Shown: positions 9,794 through 19,005, counted from the first letter of the stretch. The stretch is DNA of 64,000 bases from Candidatus Bathyarchaeota archaeon (GCA_963702095.1 OY969706.1:2336001-2400000); one strand, 5' to 3'. The notes: generated by a model from the letters alone, not told the origin. A program made the numbers and translations.

Positions 9794-10651
9794 CTACTTT
9801 TTGGGCAACCTACGCCACAACGCAACCAACCCAACCGCCAAAACAGCAACCACCACAACCAACCCAACAATAGCGATTTCTTCCCAATCTAGACTCAGTA
9901 TAACCCCACTTTGAGTCTGCGGTTGGTTGAAAGCTTCCGATGGGTAAAGCGTGGGTGTAGCAGTCGAGTTTTCGGCAGGCATTGGCAAAGAAGGGGAAGG
10001 CGTCGTCGTTGATAGGGTTACTATTGAGGCTCCGTTGACTAAGGTTAACGTTTGCGTGGGGCTCCATTCGCTTACGTCGACCAGTGCAATCGCTGGCTCT
10101 GAGTCGCCGCCGTATTGAGGATAGAGCGGATGCATCGGAACATACATCTGCGTGTTCTGCGCCAAGACGGCTTCAACACGGAAATCGACAGAGGAATTGT
10201 CTGGGTAATCAGGCGGCAACGAAAAAACAGTGTATTGAGAGTCCGATTGCTCTGGACCGTGGTTTGATAGGTAGTTGGAGCTGGTGTTTAGATAGGAATC
10301 CGTGTAGGTTGTATAGGTGTTAGGTGGATACTTGTCTGACCAGTATTGCCCAAAATGGCCTTTAACCTCAACATCATAGAATAAACGGTAGCCCTCGCTT
10401 ACAAGTTGATTCTTAATGGTTATCTCGATTGTCCAGTTGTCATAGTGGCCGCCCTGGTTGGTAACGACAGTTTCTCCAGTGTACTGGTCGATAGTTGACT
10501 CTTGCGCGACATCATAGGGGTGATTTATATACTGCACAGTAAATTGGGGCACAGACGGCTTGGGTACTGCTTGTACAGAACCTGATTCAAGCCACAGCAA
10601 ACACGACGCTGCCAAGAAAAATACAAGAGTTAATGAGAGTATCTTGCGCAT
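9794..10651 (-). CDS. Secreted, C-terminally anchored surface protein (PSVP.FTV family)
   Basis: Signal peptide, KPSVPQFTV, KGHF, WS.TQT, P/T linker, C-terminal TM plus basic tail. Confidence 0.8.
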   Translation of the reverse strand: MRKILSLTLVFFLAASCLLWLESGSVQAVPKPSVPQFTVQYINHPYDVAQESTIDQYTGETVVTNQGGHYDNWTIEITIKNQLVSEGYRLFYDVEVKGHFGQYWSDKYPPNTYTTYTDSYLNTSSNYLSNHGPEQSDSQYTVFSLPPDYPDNSSVDFRVEAVLAQNTQMYVPMHPLYPQYGGDSEPAIALVDVSEWSPTQTLTLVNGASIVTLSTTTPSPSLPMPAENSTATPTLYPSEAFNQPQTQSGVILSLDWEEIAIVGLVVVVAVLAVGLVALWRRLPKK

Positions 10652-10657
10652 ATTGTT

Positions 10658-11467
10658 CTATGCCCTCCTTCTACGTGAAAGCAGCAACACAACAACCAAC
10701 ACAGCAATCGCCGTGCAAGCCACCGCAAGGGCGATGTCTTTCCAAGTGAACCCAGATTGGACATCTGTTTGGGTGTTGGGTTGGATGGGTGCTTCGGTGG
10801 AGTTCTGTGTAGGTTCAACTCTACAGCTATCATTTAGTGTGGCTTGGAGAGGTGTGGGCGAAGGTGTAACTGATTGGCTATTTGAAACTTGGCTGTTGCT
10901 CAGGTCAATCGTTTGAGTGCTGCTCCAGCCGCTTGCTGAATCAAGGCTGAACCCGGTGCCCATCGGTTGTATCCCGCTTTGACTCCATACAAGATATTTG
11001 GTTCCCGTTACTGCCTGAACCCGGACATCCACTTGGTTGCCTGTTAAGAGGTACCAGCAATCGGAGTTAAGAGGGAATGTTACAACGGTTTCCTCAGAAG
11101 TTGACGGCTCGACAGTGTATCTGCCACGAAAATCAGAGCCAGTGATTGGCCAACTTTCAAAGTGACTTTTCGCCTCAATATTGTAGAATAACCCCGTTAT
11201 GTTCCCGGAGTCTTCTGTGCGTGTAAACGGCTGATTTTTTATTACTACATCGATCGTTCGATTCTCAACGCGATGTGCTGGGGTGGTTATTGTCTCCCCC
11301 GTGAGGGGGTTGGTCGAGTAGGAAGTTGCAACATCGTAGGAGCGGTCGACCAGTTTTACCGTGACTTGTGGCACAGACGGATTAGAGGCTGCAGACGCGA
11401 AGTGGATAACCGTTAAACTTGAAACTAATAGAACCGCTATGAGTGTTATGGTGATTGTTCTGCTCAT
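10658..11467 (-). CDS. Secreted, C-terminally anchored surface protein (PSVP.FTV family), tandem paralog
   Basis: NPSVPQVTV, KSHF, SGWSSTQT, TM plus RRRR; likely ATG at 11467. Confidence 0.8.
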   Translation of the reverse strand: MSRTITITLIAVLLVSSLTVIHFASAASNPSVPQVTVKLVDRSYDVATSYSTNPLTGETITTPAHRVENRTIDVVIKNQPFTRTEDSGNITGLFYNIEAKSHFESWPITGSDFRGRYTVEPSTSEETVVTFPLNSDCWYLLTGNQVDVRVQAVTGTKYLVWSQSGIQPMGTGFSLDSASGWSSTQTIDLSNSQVSNSQSVTPSPTPLQATLNDSCRVEPTQNSTEAPIQPNTQTDVQSGFTWKDIALAVACTAIAVLVVVLLLSRRRRA

Positions 11468-11679
11468 GCTCTGCCACCACATAACCCTTGGCGTTGATTG
11501 CCAATTAAAGGGTTCTTGTACAGGTTCCTTGACAAAGCTTAGTCTACGTTTCTTGACTAACCATCGATTCCAACATTGAATGGGATAGCCCATATTCCAA
11601 AGAAGCCTTAAAGTGCACTTTTTTAGTAAATATTATATGCTTGCTTTTCCTTTTCGATTGGCATCAAGGGTAAGCTACT

Positions 11680-13182
11680 TTGTCGCATCAAGAAAAAACC
11701 CGCACAATAGAGGAAATTAATGCGAAAATACGCAAAGGCGACGCGCAGGTCCTCACCGCCGAAGAAATGAAACGGTTGGTTGAGAGCAGCGGCGTAGAAG
11801 TCGCCTTCAAAGAAGTGGATGTTGTCACAACCGGCACTTTTGGCGCCATGTGCAGCAGCGGCGCAATCGTCAACCTCGGCCACTCCGATCCTCCAATCAA
11901 AATTGACAGGGCATGGATAAACGACGTGGCAGTCACACACCCCGGTGCGGCAGTGGACTTATTCATTGGTGCCACTAACATTTCTGAGAGGCATAACTAC
12001 GATTATGGCGGAGGCCACGTCATCTCTGATCTTGTCGCGGGTAAAGAAGTAGAGTTCCGCGCAACAGGCATCGGCACAGACTGCTATCCCCGAACCTCAG
12101 TCAAAACCACCCTCACCAAAAACGACCTCAACCAATTCTACCTACTCAACTTCCGCAACTGCTACCAACGCTACAACTGCGCAGTCAACGGCAGCGACGA
12201 AATCATCTACACCTACATGAGCAAACTCCTGCCCCGACTCCACAACGCCACCTTTTCAGGCGCAGGTGAACTCAACCCACTGATGAATGACCCTGACTAC
12301 GAAACCATGGGGTTGGGCACCCGCATTTTCTTGGGCGGCGGACAAGGCTACATCATAGGCGAAGGCACCCAGCATAGCCCCCAAAACCAAGACGGCACCT
12401 TAATGGTTAAAGGCGACGCGAAACAGATGTCGCCAGAGTTTCTGCAGGGCGCCAGTTTCACCCGATACGGCACCAGCATGTACGTGGGCTTAGGCGTCCC
12501 CATACCCATCCTCAACATGGGCTTAGCCAAAAAAACCGCCATACGCGACAGCGAAATCTTCACAAGCATCGTCGATTACAGTGTGCCGCGGCGGGACCGT
12601 CCCAAACTGGGCAAAGTCAGCTACCAAGAACTCAAATCAGGCAGCATAACGGTAAAAGATAAGAAAGTCCGTGTTAGCTCGCTTTCCAGCCTAAAAATGG
12701 CAAAAAAGGTTTCGAGGACGCTGAAAAGCTGGATTGAAGAGGGCACATTCACATTAACCTCGCCAGTGGAGCGGTTGCCCACCAACACCGTTTTTAAGCC
12801 GATGCGCCAAACTGAGGAAATCCCATTCGTCGTCAGCGTCATGCACTCTGCGGTCACCTGCACCGAAGACGAAGCCATCCGCGCCATCGCCGAACGCATA
12901 GTCACCAAATCAGTCAACCACATCGTCGTAGTAGACGAAACAGGCAAACTCAAAGGCATCGTCACTTCATGGGACATCACCCGCGCCATGGCAGAAGGCA
13001 AAAAAGCACTCGCCGACATCGAATCACACAACGTCATAACCGCCAAACCAGACGAGCCATTGGAAATCGCTTCTAAACGCATGGCACAACATAACATCTC
13101 CGCGTTGCCAGTGGTGGACATAGAAAAGAAAGTGTTAGGCATCATCACAGCTGAGGATGTCTCTAAACTGTTAGGACAGTAA
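11680..13182 (+). CDS. L-aspartate semialdehyde sulfurtransferase (homocysteine biosynthesis, DUF39 plus 2 CBS)
   Basis: VDVVTTGTFGAMCSSG, GTDCYPR, FSGAGELNPL.NDP, C-terminal CBS pair; MA1821-type. Confidence 0.92.
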   Translation: MSHQEKTRTIEEINAKIRKGDAQVLTAEEMKRLVESSGVEVAFKEVDVVTTGTFGAMCSSGAIVNLGHSDPPIKIDRAWINDVAVTHPGAAVDLFIGATNISERHNYDYGGGHVISDLVAGKEVEFRATGIGTDCYPRTSVKTTLTKNDLNQFYLLNFRNCYQRYNCAVNGSDEIIYTYMSKLLPRLHNATFSGAGELNPLMNDPDYETMGLGTRIFLGGGQGYIIGEGTQHSPQNQDGTLMVKGDAKQMSPEFLQGASFTRYGTSMYVGLGVPIPILNMGLAKKTAIRDSEIFTSIVDYSVPRRDRPKLGKVSYQELKSGSITVKDKKVRVSSLSSLKMAKKVSRTLKSWIEEGTFTLTSPVERLPTNTVFKPMRQTEEIPFVVSVMHSAVTCTEDEAIRAIAERIVTKSVNHIVVVDETGKLKGIVTSWDITRAMAEGKKALADIESHNVITAKPDEPLEIASKRMAQHNISALPVVDIEKKVLGIITAEDVSKLLGQ

Positions 13183-13187
13183 CAACT

Positions 13188-13616
13188 ATGGGAAGAATAC
13201 TTATCCGTTTCAACGAAGAAAAAGTGTCCGAGCCAATCGCCTCCCAAATCATCATCGAATACAAAGTGCCCATGGCAATCCTCTCAGCCCACATAAACTC
13301 CAAAGGCGGCGAAATCCTAGCCGAAATCCCCGACGACATGCAGGAAAAAGTGGTGGCGGCTTTCCGCAAACGCGGCGTAACCGTAACCGTGCCCAAACTC
13401 ATCGAAGTCGACACCGACAAATGCTTCAGCTGCGGCTCCTGCGTGGCGCTGTGCCCCGTCGAAGCCATCAGCATAGACAAAGACTTAACCGTCCAATTTA
13501 ACAAGGAGAAATGCCTCGGCAGCACCTGCAGCATCTGCGTCGACGCCTGCCCAGCACGGGCTATAAAGTCGCTAAAACCCAACGGCGGAGACCAAAACAG
13601 GGACAAAAAAACTTGA
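13188..13616 (+). CDS. NIL domain-ferredoxin, partner of the sulfurtransferase (MA1822-type)
   Basis: NIL-like N-terminus plus CFSCGSCVALCP and CSICVDACP. Confidence 0.88.
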   Translation: MGRILIRFNEEKVSEPIASQIIIEYKVPMAILSAHINSKGGEILAEIPDDMQEKVVAAFRKRGVTVTVPKLIEVDTDKCFSCGSCVALCPVEAISIDKDLTVQFNKEKCLGSTCSICVDACPARAIKSLKPNGGDQNRDKKT

Positions 13617-14317
13617 ATGACATACTCATCAAAGAAAACTTTACCCAAAAAGAATCCCAATGCACCATAATCTCTGACCGCGCAGAAGCCATAGAAGCCG
13701 CCAAAGAATCAATCCGCCGCAACCGTTTTGAACTCGAACTCTACGTCAGAGCCAACCCCAAATTTCTCTACACCTTAACGCCGATTCTAGCGCCCCAGAA
13801 GCCACTTGTGGCACGGTTGATGACTGAGGCTGCAGCGAAAGCGGATGTGGGTCCCATGGCGGCGGTCGCAGGAGCCATCGCGGATTTAGCGGTTTTGGAC
13901 ATGAAGCGGGTGGGCTGCAGGGTAGCGGTGGTGGAGAATGGCGGCGAAATCATGGCTGACTCCGATCAGCCTGTGGACATAGCGGTTGCTGCTGGGCAAG
14001 AGCCACTTTCTAAACGGTTCGGTTTCCGCCTAACAGAGTTCCCCATTGCAGTCGCCACGAGTTCGGGGCGCTTCAGCCATGCATTCAGCTTTGGCGAGGC
14101 GGAGGCAGCGACGGTTTTTGCTGGGAATGCGGCTTTGGCGGATGCGACAGCGACGGCAGTGGGCAACGTGGTGAAGGGTGAGGACGCAGAAGCAGCGATT
14201 CATGCTGGCATCAAAAGGGGCTTGTCCATCGAGGGCATCGAGGGGGTCTTGATTATCTATAAGGGGCAGGTTGGGACCGCCGGCAAGATTCCCCAAATAT
14301 TAAAAGTCGACCCCTGA
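13613..14317 (+). CDS. UPF0280 ApbE-like protein (sulfide assimilation, MA1715-type)
   Basis: VGPMAAVAGAIAD, VENGGE, ATSSG, ADATATA; TTGA overlap with the upstream stop. Confidence 0.88.
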   Translation: MNDILIKENFTQKESQCTIISDRAEAIEAAKESIRRNRFELELYVRANPKFLYTLTPILAPQKPLVARLMTEAAAKADVGPMAAVAGAIADLAVLDMKRVGCRVAVVENGGEIMADSDQPVDIAVAAGQEPLSKRFGFRLTEFPIAVATSSGRFSHAFSFGEAEAATVFAGNAALADATATAVGNVVKGEDAEAAIHAGIKRGLSIEGIEGVLIIYKGQVGTAGKIPQILKVDP

Positions 14318-14386
14318 TTGTGCGTCACCTCTGAGACACGCCAAGCGCTAATCTCTTCCGCATACACATTTTAGGGTTGGCTTGCC

Positions 14387-16039
14387 ATGACAGCGCAGAT
14401 TACCACCGAAAACACTGTTGTAGCTCAAGCGTCAGCTCTGCCGCCTAAAAAGCAGATCAGCCTCGACGAAATTGTAGAGTCATTCGACTCGGTCACACAG
14501 GACATCGTGCAGATTGGCAAGTTAGCCACCGAGGAAAAAACGGTTTTCGCCCAGTTCCTCGAGTCGCTGAAAAATCATCTTGAACCCTTATGTAGGCCCG
14601 TCGAGGTTTCAACGTCCATAGTGCCAATAGACTTAGGAGTGGTAAACCAAGCACACATCAAATGCACTGGGCATTTGGAGTTGACTTTCGTTGACGGGCA
14701 TAACGATCTTGTGGACCTAGGCGAACCCAGAAACCGCGACCTCATGATGGCGGTAATCGACGACGTTATGCCCAAGTTTGAAGCCTTAATCGGTGAAATA
14801 GAAGAGGAAAACCGTCGCAGAGCCAACTATAAAGAGCCGCTGCAGGTCGAGGTTGCTTTGCCGCAGACTCCAGCGCCAGTCATCCCTCAACCAGAGATTG
14901 TTCCAGTGGTTGCTGTGGAGCCGCCTGCAGCCGAATTACCCATCAGCCTGCCTGAACCTGTGACTCCAGAACCTGAGCCTGAGCCGCCCCAGATAGACCC
15001 CACGATAGCCCTTATGGAGGAACGCAACGCCCAAATTGAAGCCATCACAGCCGAAACCCTCACTTACCTAGACATGTTGGGAAGCGAAATGTTTGAGCAG
15101 AAACCTGTGAGCAAATACTTCGACGACTGGATGGGGAACCTCCGCCAAGTCATCCTCTCCTTTGAATCCAGCGAAGCCATAGGCGCATACGAAGACGAAG
15201 CCTTCGCCGCCCAGTACAACCAAATCTTTAGCAAAATCCAAACTGAACTTGACAACAGAATCGCCGACGAAGCAGAAATCGCCGCCTCGTACCTCACTCT
15301 CGCCGAAAACCGCCATCTCCTCAACAAAATCGACGAAGAACATACAGCTAAAACTAAACAGTTGGTTGAGAAGGGAGCAAGCGTCATCGAAACGCTGATG
15401 CGTAACGCAGCAAACATCGAGCGGGAACTCTCTGAGGTGCAAGCAGTCCAAGTCAGTTATCGTCATCCGATGCTAAGAATGGCTAAAGACCAAAAGGCAG
15501 AGGAACTAACCCAAAGATTAAACGCTGTTAAGAGGCGGCTGGCACTGGCAGTCGGTTATTCCTCCACGAACGCGGGTAAAGGCGACGTCGAAGCACAGTT
15601 TGTAGTGCAAACCAAGGCTCTTGAGGAGAAACGCAAAGTCGTCTTGATGCTACTAACCAAAAACTTCGATGACCTGGCAAACAAAATAGCCAAGCTAAAG
15701 AGGGCTAAAACAAGCAACCCCATCCACAACGTTGCCATTCAGCAGCAAGTGTATGAGACGGAGCAGAAACTGTTTGAAGCAAAGAAACAGCTCAAGCTGG
15801 CAGAGCAGAATTCCTCCTACGAAATGGCACGCCTGCGAGACGAGTCCGAGAAGAAGAAGCAGGCAGCATTGGGACAGGTGCAGACGCTTGAAAAGAACAT
15901 TGCCACCAAGGCGGTTGATAACTCGGCTGGGGTGCGTAAAGAGGCGGCTAAGGCGTTGGCGGAGGCAGTGAAGTCGCTGTCAGAGAAGAAAAAGGCAGCG
16001 TCGCTTTCTTTAACTAAAGAAAGGGCTCCTCAAGGTTAA
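14387..16039 (+). CDS. Hypothetical protein: globular N-domain, Pro/Glu linker, long coiled coil
   Basis: 550-aa ORF with PEPEPEPP linker and heptad-rich C-terminal half. Confidence 0.75.
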   Translation: MTAQITTENTVVAQASALPPKKQISLDEIVESFDSVTQDIVQIGKLATEEKTVFAQFLESLKNHLEPLCRPVEVSTSIVPIDLGVVNQAHIKCTGHLELTFVDGHNDLVDLGEPRNRDLMMAVIDDVMPKFEALIGEIEEENRRRANYKEPLQVEVALPQTPAPVIPQPEIVPVVAVEPPAAELPISLPEPVTPEPEPEPPQIDPTIALMEERNAQIEAITAETLTYLDMLGSEMFEQKPVSKYFDDWMGNLRQVILSFESSEAIGAYEDEAFAAQYNQIFSKIQTELDNRIADEAEIAASYLTLAENRHLLNKIDEEHTAKTKQLVEKGASVIETLMRNAANIERELSEVQAVQVSYRHPMLRMAKDQKAEELTQRLNAVKRRLALAVGYSSTNAGKGDVEAQFVVQTKALEEKRKVVLMLLTKNFDDLANKIAKLKRAKTSNPIHNVAIQQQVYETEQKLFEAKKQLKLAEQNSSYEMARLRDESEKKKQAALGQVQTLEKNIATKAVDNSAGVRKEAAKALAEAVKSLSEKKKAASLSLTKERAPQG

Positions 16040-16120
16040 GCTCTAAAACCGTTTCTAGCCTATAACTTTTTTACAAACATTTACCCATGAATTATCAAAA
16101 GCCAGACCGGTCAGTGTTGT

Positions 16121-16366
16121 TTAGTAAAGTTTTGAGTTGAAGTACCGCACAAGCTTAACGCCGAGGGGCAGGACAAGAAACGCTTGAGTTGTGCCTGTGA
16201 ACTCTTTTTTGAGTGCGTTTTGTTCCTGCAAGAAGGATAGACGTTTTTCTAGTTCTGTGCTGTCTATTTGGGTGGCGTTTTGGATTTCACTGAGTTGGAG
16301 GGGTCGCTGGTTTATGATGATAACTTGCAGAATGGCCAGGTAATCTTCCAGTTTAGTCCGATGCAA
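16121..16366 (-). CDS. Small winged-helix protein
   Basis: RTKLE.Y..IL...LSEIQ...L..L pattern of archaeal wHTH proteins. Confidence 0.7.
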   Translation of the reverse strand: MHRTKLEDYLAILQVIIINQRPLQLSEIQNATQIDSTELEKRLSFLQEQNALKKEFTGTTQAFLVLPLGVKLVRYFNSKLY

Positions 16367-16481
16367 TACGAGCGGGGCCTCTTTATTTGTGAAATACAGT
16401 AAGCGTCTACTATATACATATAACTGAAAACAAAAGCATCATGAGTCCAGATTTGCATCTCCCAAAATACCCAACTATTGG

Positions 16482-17345
16482 TTATCTGAGGATCAGAAGC
16501 CGTAACAGGAAAACCAGCGGCACCCATTCACCGTCAACCATTAGGGCAGCTTGCAGTCGGGGGCGGGTAGATTTGAAAAAGTACCAAATTAGCAGGCTTT
16601 CGTAAATAACTCCGAATCCTAAAGTAGGCAGATATTCAGTAAAGATTGCAGTGAATAAGCAGCAGATGAACCAGACGACCAATAAACCGTTGAAGCCTAA
16701 GAGAAGACATTTGGTTTTCTTTTGCCCTAACGCTAAGGGTACAGTTAGTATACCTGATTTGCGGTCACCTTGAATATCGAGGGTGTCAAAAATTATGGTG
16801 TTGACTAGAATTTGGATGAATATATAGATGAAAAGCATGACTTCTTTGTAAAAAGCGATTGATTGTATGGCGGAGGGTAGGAATGCGCCGGTAATGCCCC
16901 AACTTAACGCGACAACAACGCTTTTGACGCCTAAAATTTCTTTTAAACGCGGTATTGATTTGGCTATTTTGATGCTGTATGTGAACCCGATCATTAAAAT
17001 TGCAACTAAGATAAGTAACGCCGTTATACCTGCGGCTATGCCTAAGGCGATGCTTACAATTAAACTAGTCACTGACGGAACAAGGTAATAGAGGGTTTTG
17101 TTAGGGGCAGCCTCTAAGCGATTGATGGCGTCTTCTTTGCTGTCGGTAGCCATGTTTAAGCTGTAAATGGAGAATGTTAAAAAAAAAGCCGCCAAAACCA
17201 AAATCGGCGAAACCTGAATTTCATAGAGGAAGCTTGCAAAAACAAACACTAATGCCCCGTTAAGGGCCAAATAAATTGAGTTGGAGAAAGCTAATTTTAG
17301 GACCTTTGCTAACCAGGCTTTCTCTTTAGGGGTTATTCCAATTAT
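16482..17345 (-). CDS. UbiA-family prenyltransferase; probable ATA start at 17345
   Basis: YSLNMATDSKEDAIN and NTIIFDTLDIQGDRKSGILTVP Asp-rich motifs; multi-TM. Confidence 0.85.
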   Translation of the reverse strand: MIGITPKEKAWLAKVLKLAFSNSIYLALNGALVFVFASFLYEIQVSPILVLAAFFLTFSIYSLNMATDSKEDAINRLEAAPNKTLYYLVPSVTSLIVSIALGIAAGITALLILVAILMIGFTYSIKIAKSIPRLKEILGVKSVVVALSWGITGAFLPSAIQSIAFYKEVMLFIYIFIQILVNTIIFDTLDIQGDRKSGILTVPLALGQKKTKCLLLGFNGLLVVWFICCLFTAIFTEYLPTLGFGVIYESLLIWYFFKSTRPRLQAALMVDGEWVPLVFLLRLLILR

Positions 17346-18127
17346 ACGCTCACCTTTTCCGCTCGTTTTAAGAAGCTTTGGAAAACCTCTTCGCCCCATT
17401 CCAAAGCCCGGGGATCAATCGAAACTAAATCCATAGTGTAATCGTATTGTCCATCTAGATGAAAAAGCCCCAGGGACAATATGCTTTCAGTGGTTGTTAA
17501 CGCGATTTTTATATCATCTAGCAAGTAAAGGTTTAATCGTCCTTCTACCATGAATTTATGGAAAAGCTCCCCTGTACCCGCGGAGATTGCGAATTCGAAG
17601 GTTTTGTTAAAGACTTCCTGGGTAATAATTAGGTCAACTGATCCTCCCACGTTTAAGACTTTTTGGAACAGGCTAACAAAGTCAGGGTGAAAAATCGGTG
17701 AAATACCAGTCACTTTATTGGTGTTTTCCACTATTTTCAAGAAATTATTGTGGACTTTGGATAATTCACTACGTTCGCTTTTCACCACGGATGAGGTTTG
17801 AAGCATACCGATTTTAAGCAGCGAACTGCTGGGTATCTGGTGAATGTCATGGGTTAACCAGAAAGTCTTGAATTTTTCCATGATTTCAGAGGCTCCCAAG
17901 CAGGCGTCACATAGATGTGCTTCAATACACCCGAGGGACGAGAGACTGTAAAACCCAGAATTTTTTGTGGTCAGGTCAAGTTTCTCGAATTCTTTTAGGG
18001 CATGGAGTATGGTTGTTGCGGTGCTGTCGATTTCGTTTTTTAAGTCTGAGAGCTTTTTATCGCCCCCAAGCAGGCTAATTAGAATTTTTTGTTTGAGTTC
18101 CGATCTGATTAATGCTCGGTACTCCAT
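17342..18127 (-). CDS. Archaeal wHTH transcriptional regulator (DUF1724/FilR1-middle-domain type)
   Basis: N-terminal wHTH; FWLTHD...IP, GISPIFHP, LGLF..DG.YD, A.EWGEE. Confidence 0.8.
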   Translation of the reverse strand: MEYRALIRSELKQKILISLLGGDKKLSDLKNEIDSTATTILHALKEFEKLDLTTKNSGFYSLSSLGCIEAHLCDACLGASEIMEKFKTFWLTHDIHQIPSSSLLKIGMLQTSSVVKSERSELSKVHNNFLKIVENTNKVTGISPIFHPDFVSLFQKVLNVGGSVDLIITQEVFNKTFEFAISAGTGELFHKFMVEGRLNLYLLDDIKIALTTTESILSLGLFHLDGQYDYTMDLVSIDPRALEWGEEVFQSFLKRAEKVSV

Positions 18128-18318
18128 AAGTTCCCCCTCAGTTTAGAAATTATTCATTCAATACCATATTTAAGCGTTAAGACAAATAGGCAACTATTGG
18201 ACGCAGGTGAGGTGAGCGGTTTGCCCTCATGTTGATTGCTTTGTTTAGGCAACTTTGCCTAGTTTTGACAAGATTTATATTCTTAATCAACAAATGATGT
18301 AAAGCTAGGAGGCTAAAA

Positions 18319-18546
18319 ATAATTAGCACTAACTTTCCTAAAAAAGGGACTACAATAAAATGCAGCTGCGGATCAGAAATCCCAGTTATACCTAACGCAG
18401 AAGCAGTTGGCAACTTCATAGATGCCCACATTGAAGAGCACCGGAGACAACAACCGGACCCCGCCCAAGGTGAAATCGTAGCCAAAGAAGTCCACGACAA
18501 ACTCTTCAAAGCACTCTTCAAAAAAATTGGCAGTGCCCCAACTTAA
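18319..18546 (+). CDS. 75-aa CxC...HxxxH putative zinc-binding protein with ATA/ATT start (not in ORF track)
   Basis: AGGAGG at 18307..18312, then ATA ATT AGC...; translates (M)ISTNFPKKGTTIKCSCGSEIPVIPNAEAVGNFIDAHIEEHRRQQ...KKIGSAPT*. Confidence 0.65.
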   Translation: MISTNFPKKGTTIKCSCGSEIPVIPNAEAVGNFIDAHIEEHRRQQPDPAQGEIVAKEVHDKLFKALFKKIGSAPT

Positions 18547-18633
18547 CTTTGACCAGCATGAAATGAATGCTCTTCAGATTACGCCTAAAAAAAGATAAGT
18601 TAAGCATAACAGCGCACAGCCACATTCACTCTT

Positions 18634-18822
18634 CTCCCATATTCACATCTCTTTGGTTCCACAGGGAAACATTTATCGCGTGTGAAGAAAAACGCATATC
18701 ACACCCAAACAGACACAGAAAACGGTTGCAACCCCAAAAAACAACCGCCCCATCAAGCAGTTTTGTGAAAATTAAAAGACTCCAAACACCCAATAAAGAG
18801 AGAAAAATAGGGGGACAAGCCC
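18634..18822 (-). repeat. Dispersed intergenic repeat family 2, copy 1
   Basis: Reverse complement aligns colinearly with 30534..30719 (GGGCTT, TCTTTAT, TGGGTGT, GCGGTTGTTTTTT, GTTTTTCT.CACACGCG). Confidence 0.75.
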
Positions 18823-18829
18823 TCGAATC

Positions 18830-18845
18830 CGAAACGCTTATATTT
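18830..18845 (+). promoter_or_regulatory. Putative BRE/TATA promoter of the leader-aro operon
   Basis: CGAAACG-CTTATATT about 35 nt upstream of the leader ATG. Confidence 0.5.
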
Positions 18846-18877
18846 TCTGTGACCTGAGTGATTGCAGGTTCGAAGCA

Positions 18878-18967
18878 ATGACATCAAAAGAAGCCAAAAG
18901 CAGCATCCGCAAATGGCAGTTTCACAGCTTCGACTACGGCTTTTATTATTACGGTTATTTTCCATAA
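18878..18967 (+). CDS. Trp/Phe/Tyr-rich leader peptide of the aromatic amino-acid operon (29 aa)
   Basis: Hand translation MTSKEAKSSIRKWQFHSFDYGFYYYGYFP*; W1 F4 Y5 in the last 17 codons; ends 59 nt before the aspartokinase ATG. Confidence 0.85.
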   Translation: MTSKEAKSSIRKWQFHSFDYGFYYYGYFP

Positions 18968-19005
18968 GCCCAGAACTGACAGATTTTTTGAGATTGGTTC
19001 TGGGC
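18968..19005 (+). promoter_or_regulatory. Putative attenuator hairpin enclosing a T6 tract
   Basis: GCCCAGAAC (18968-76) pairs with GTTCTGGGC (18997-19005); TTTTTT at 18984-89 lies inside. Confidence 0.7.
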
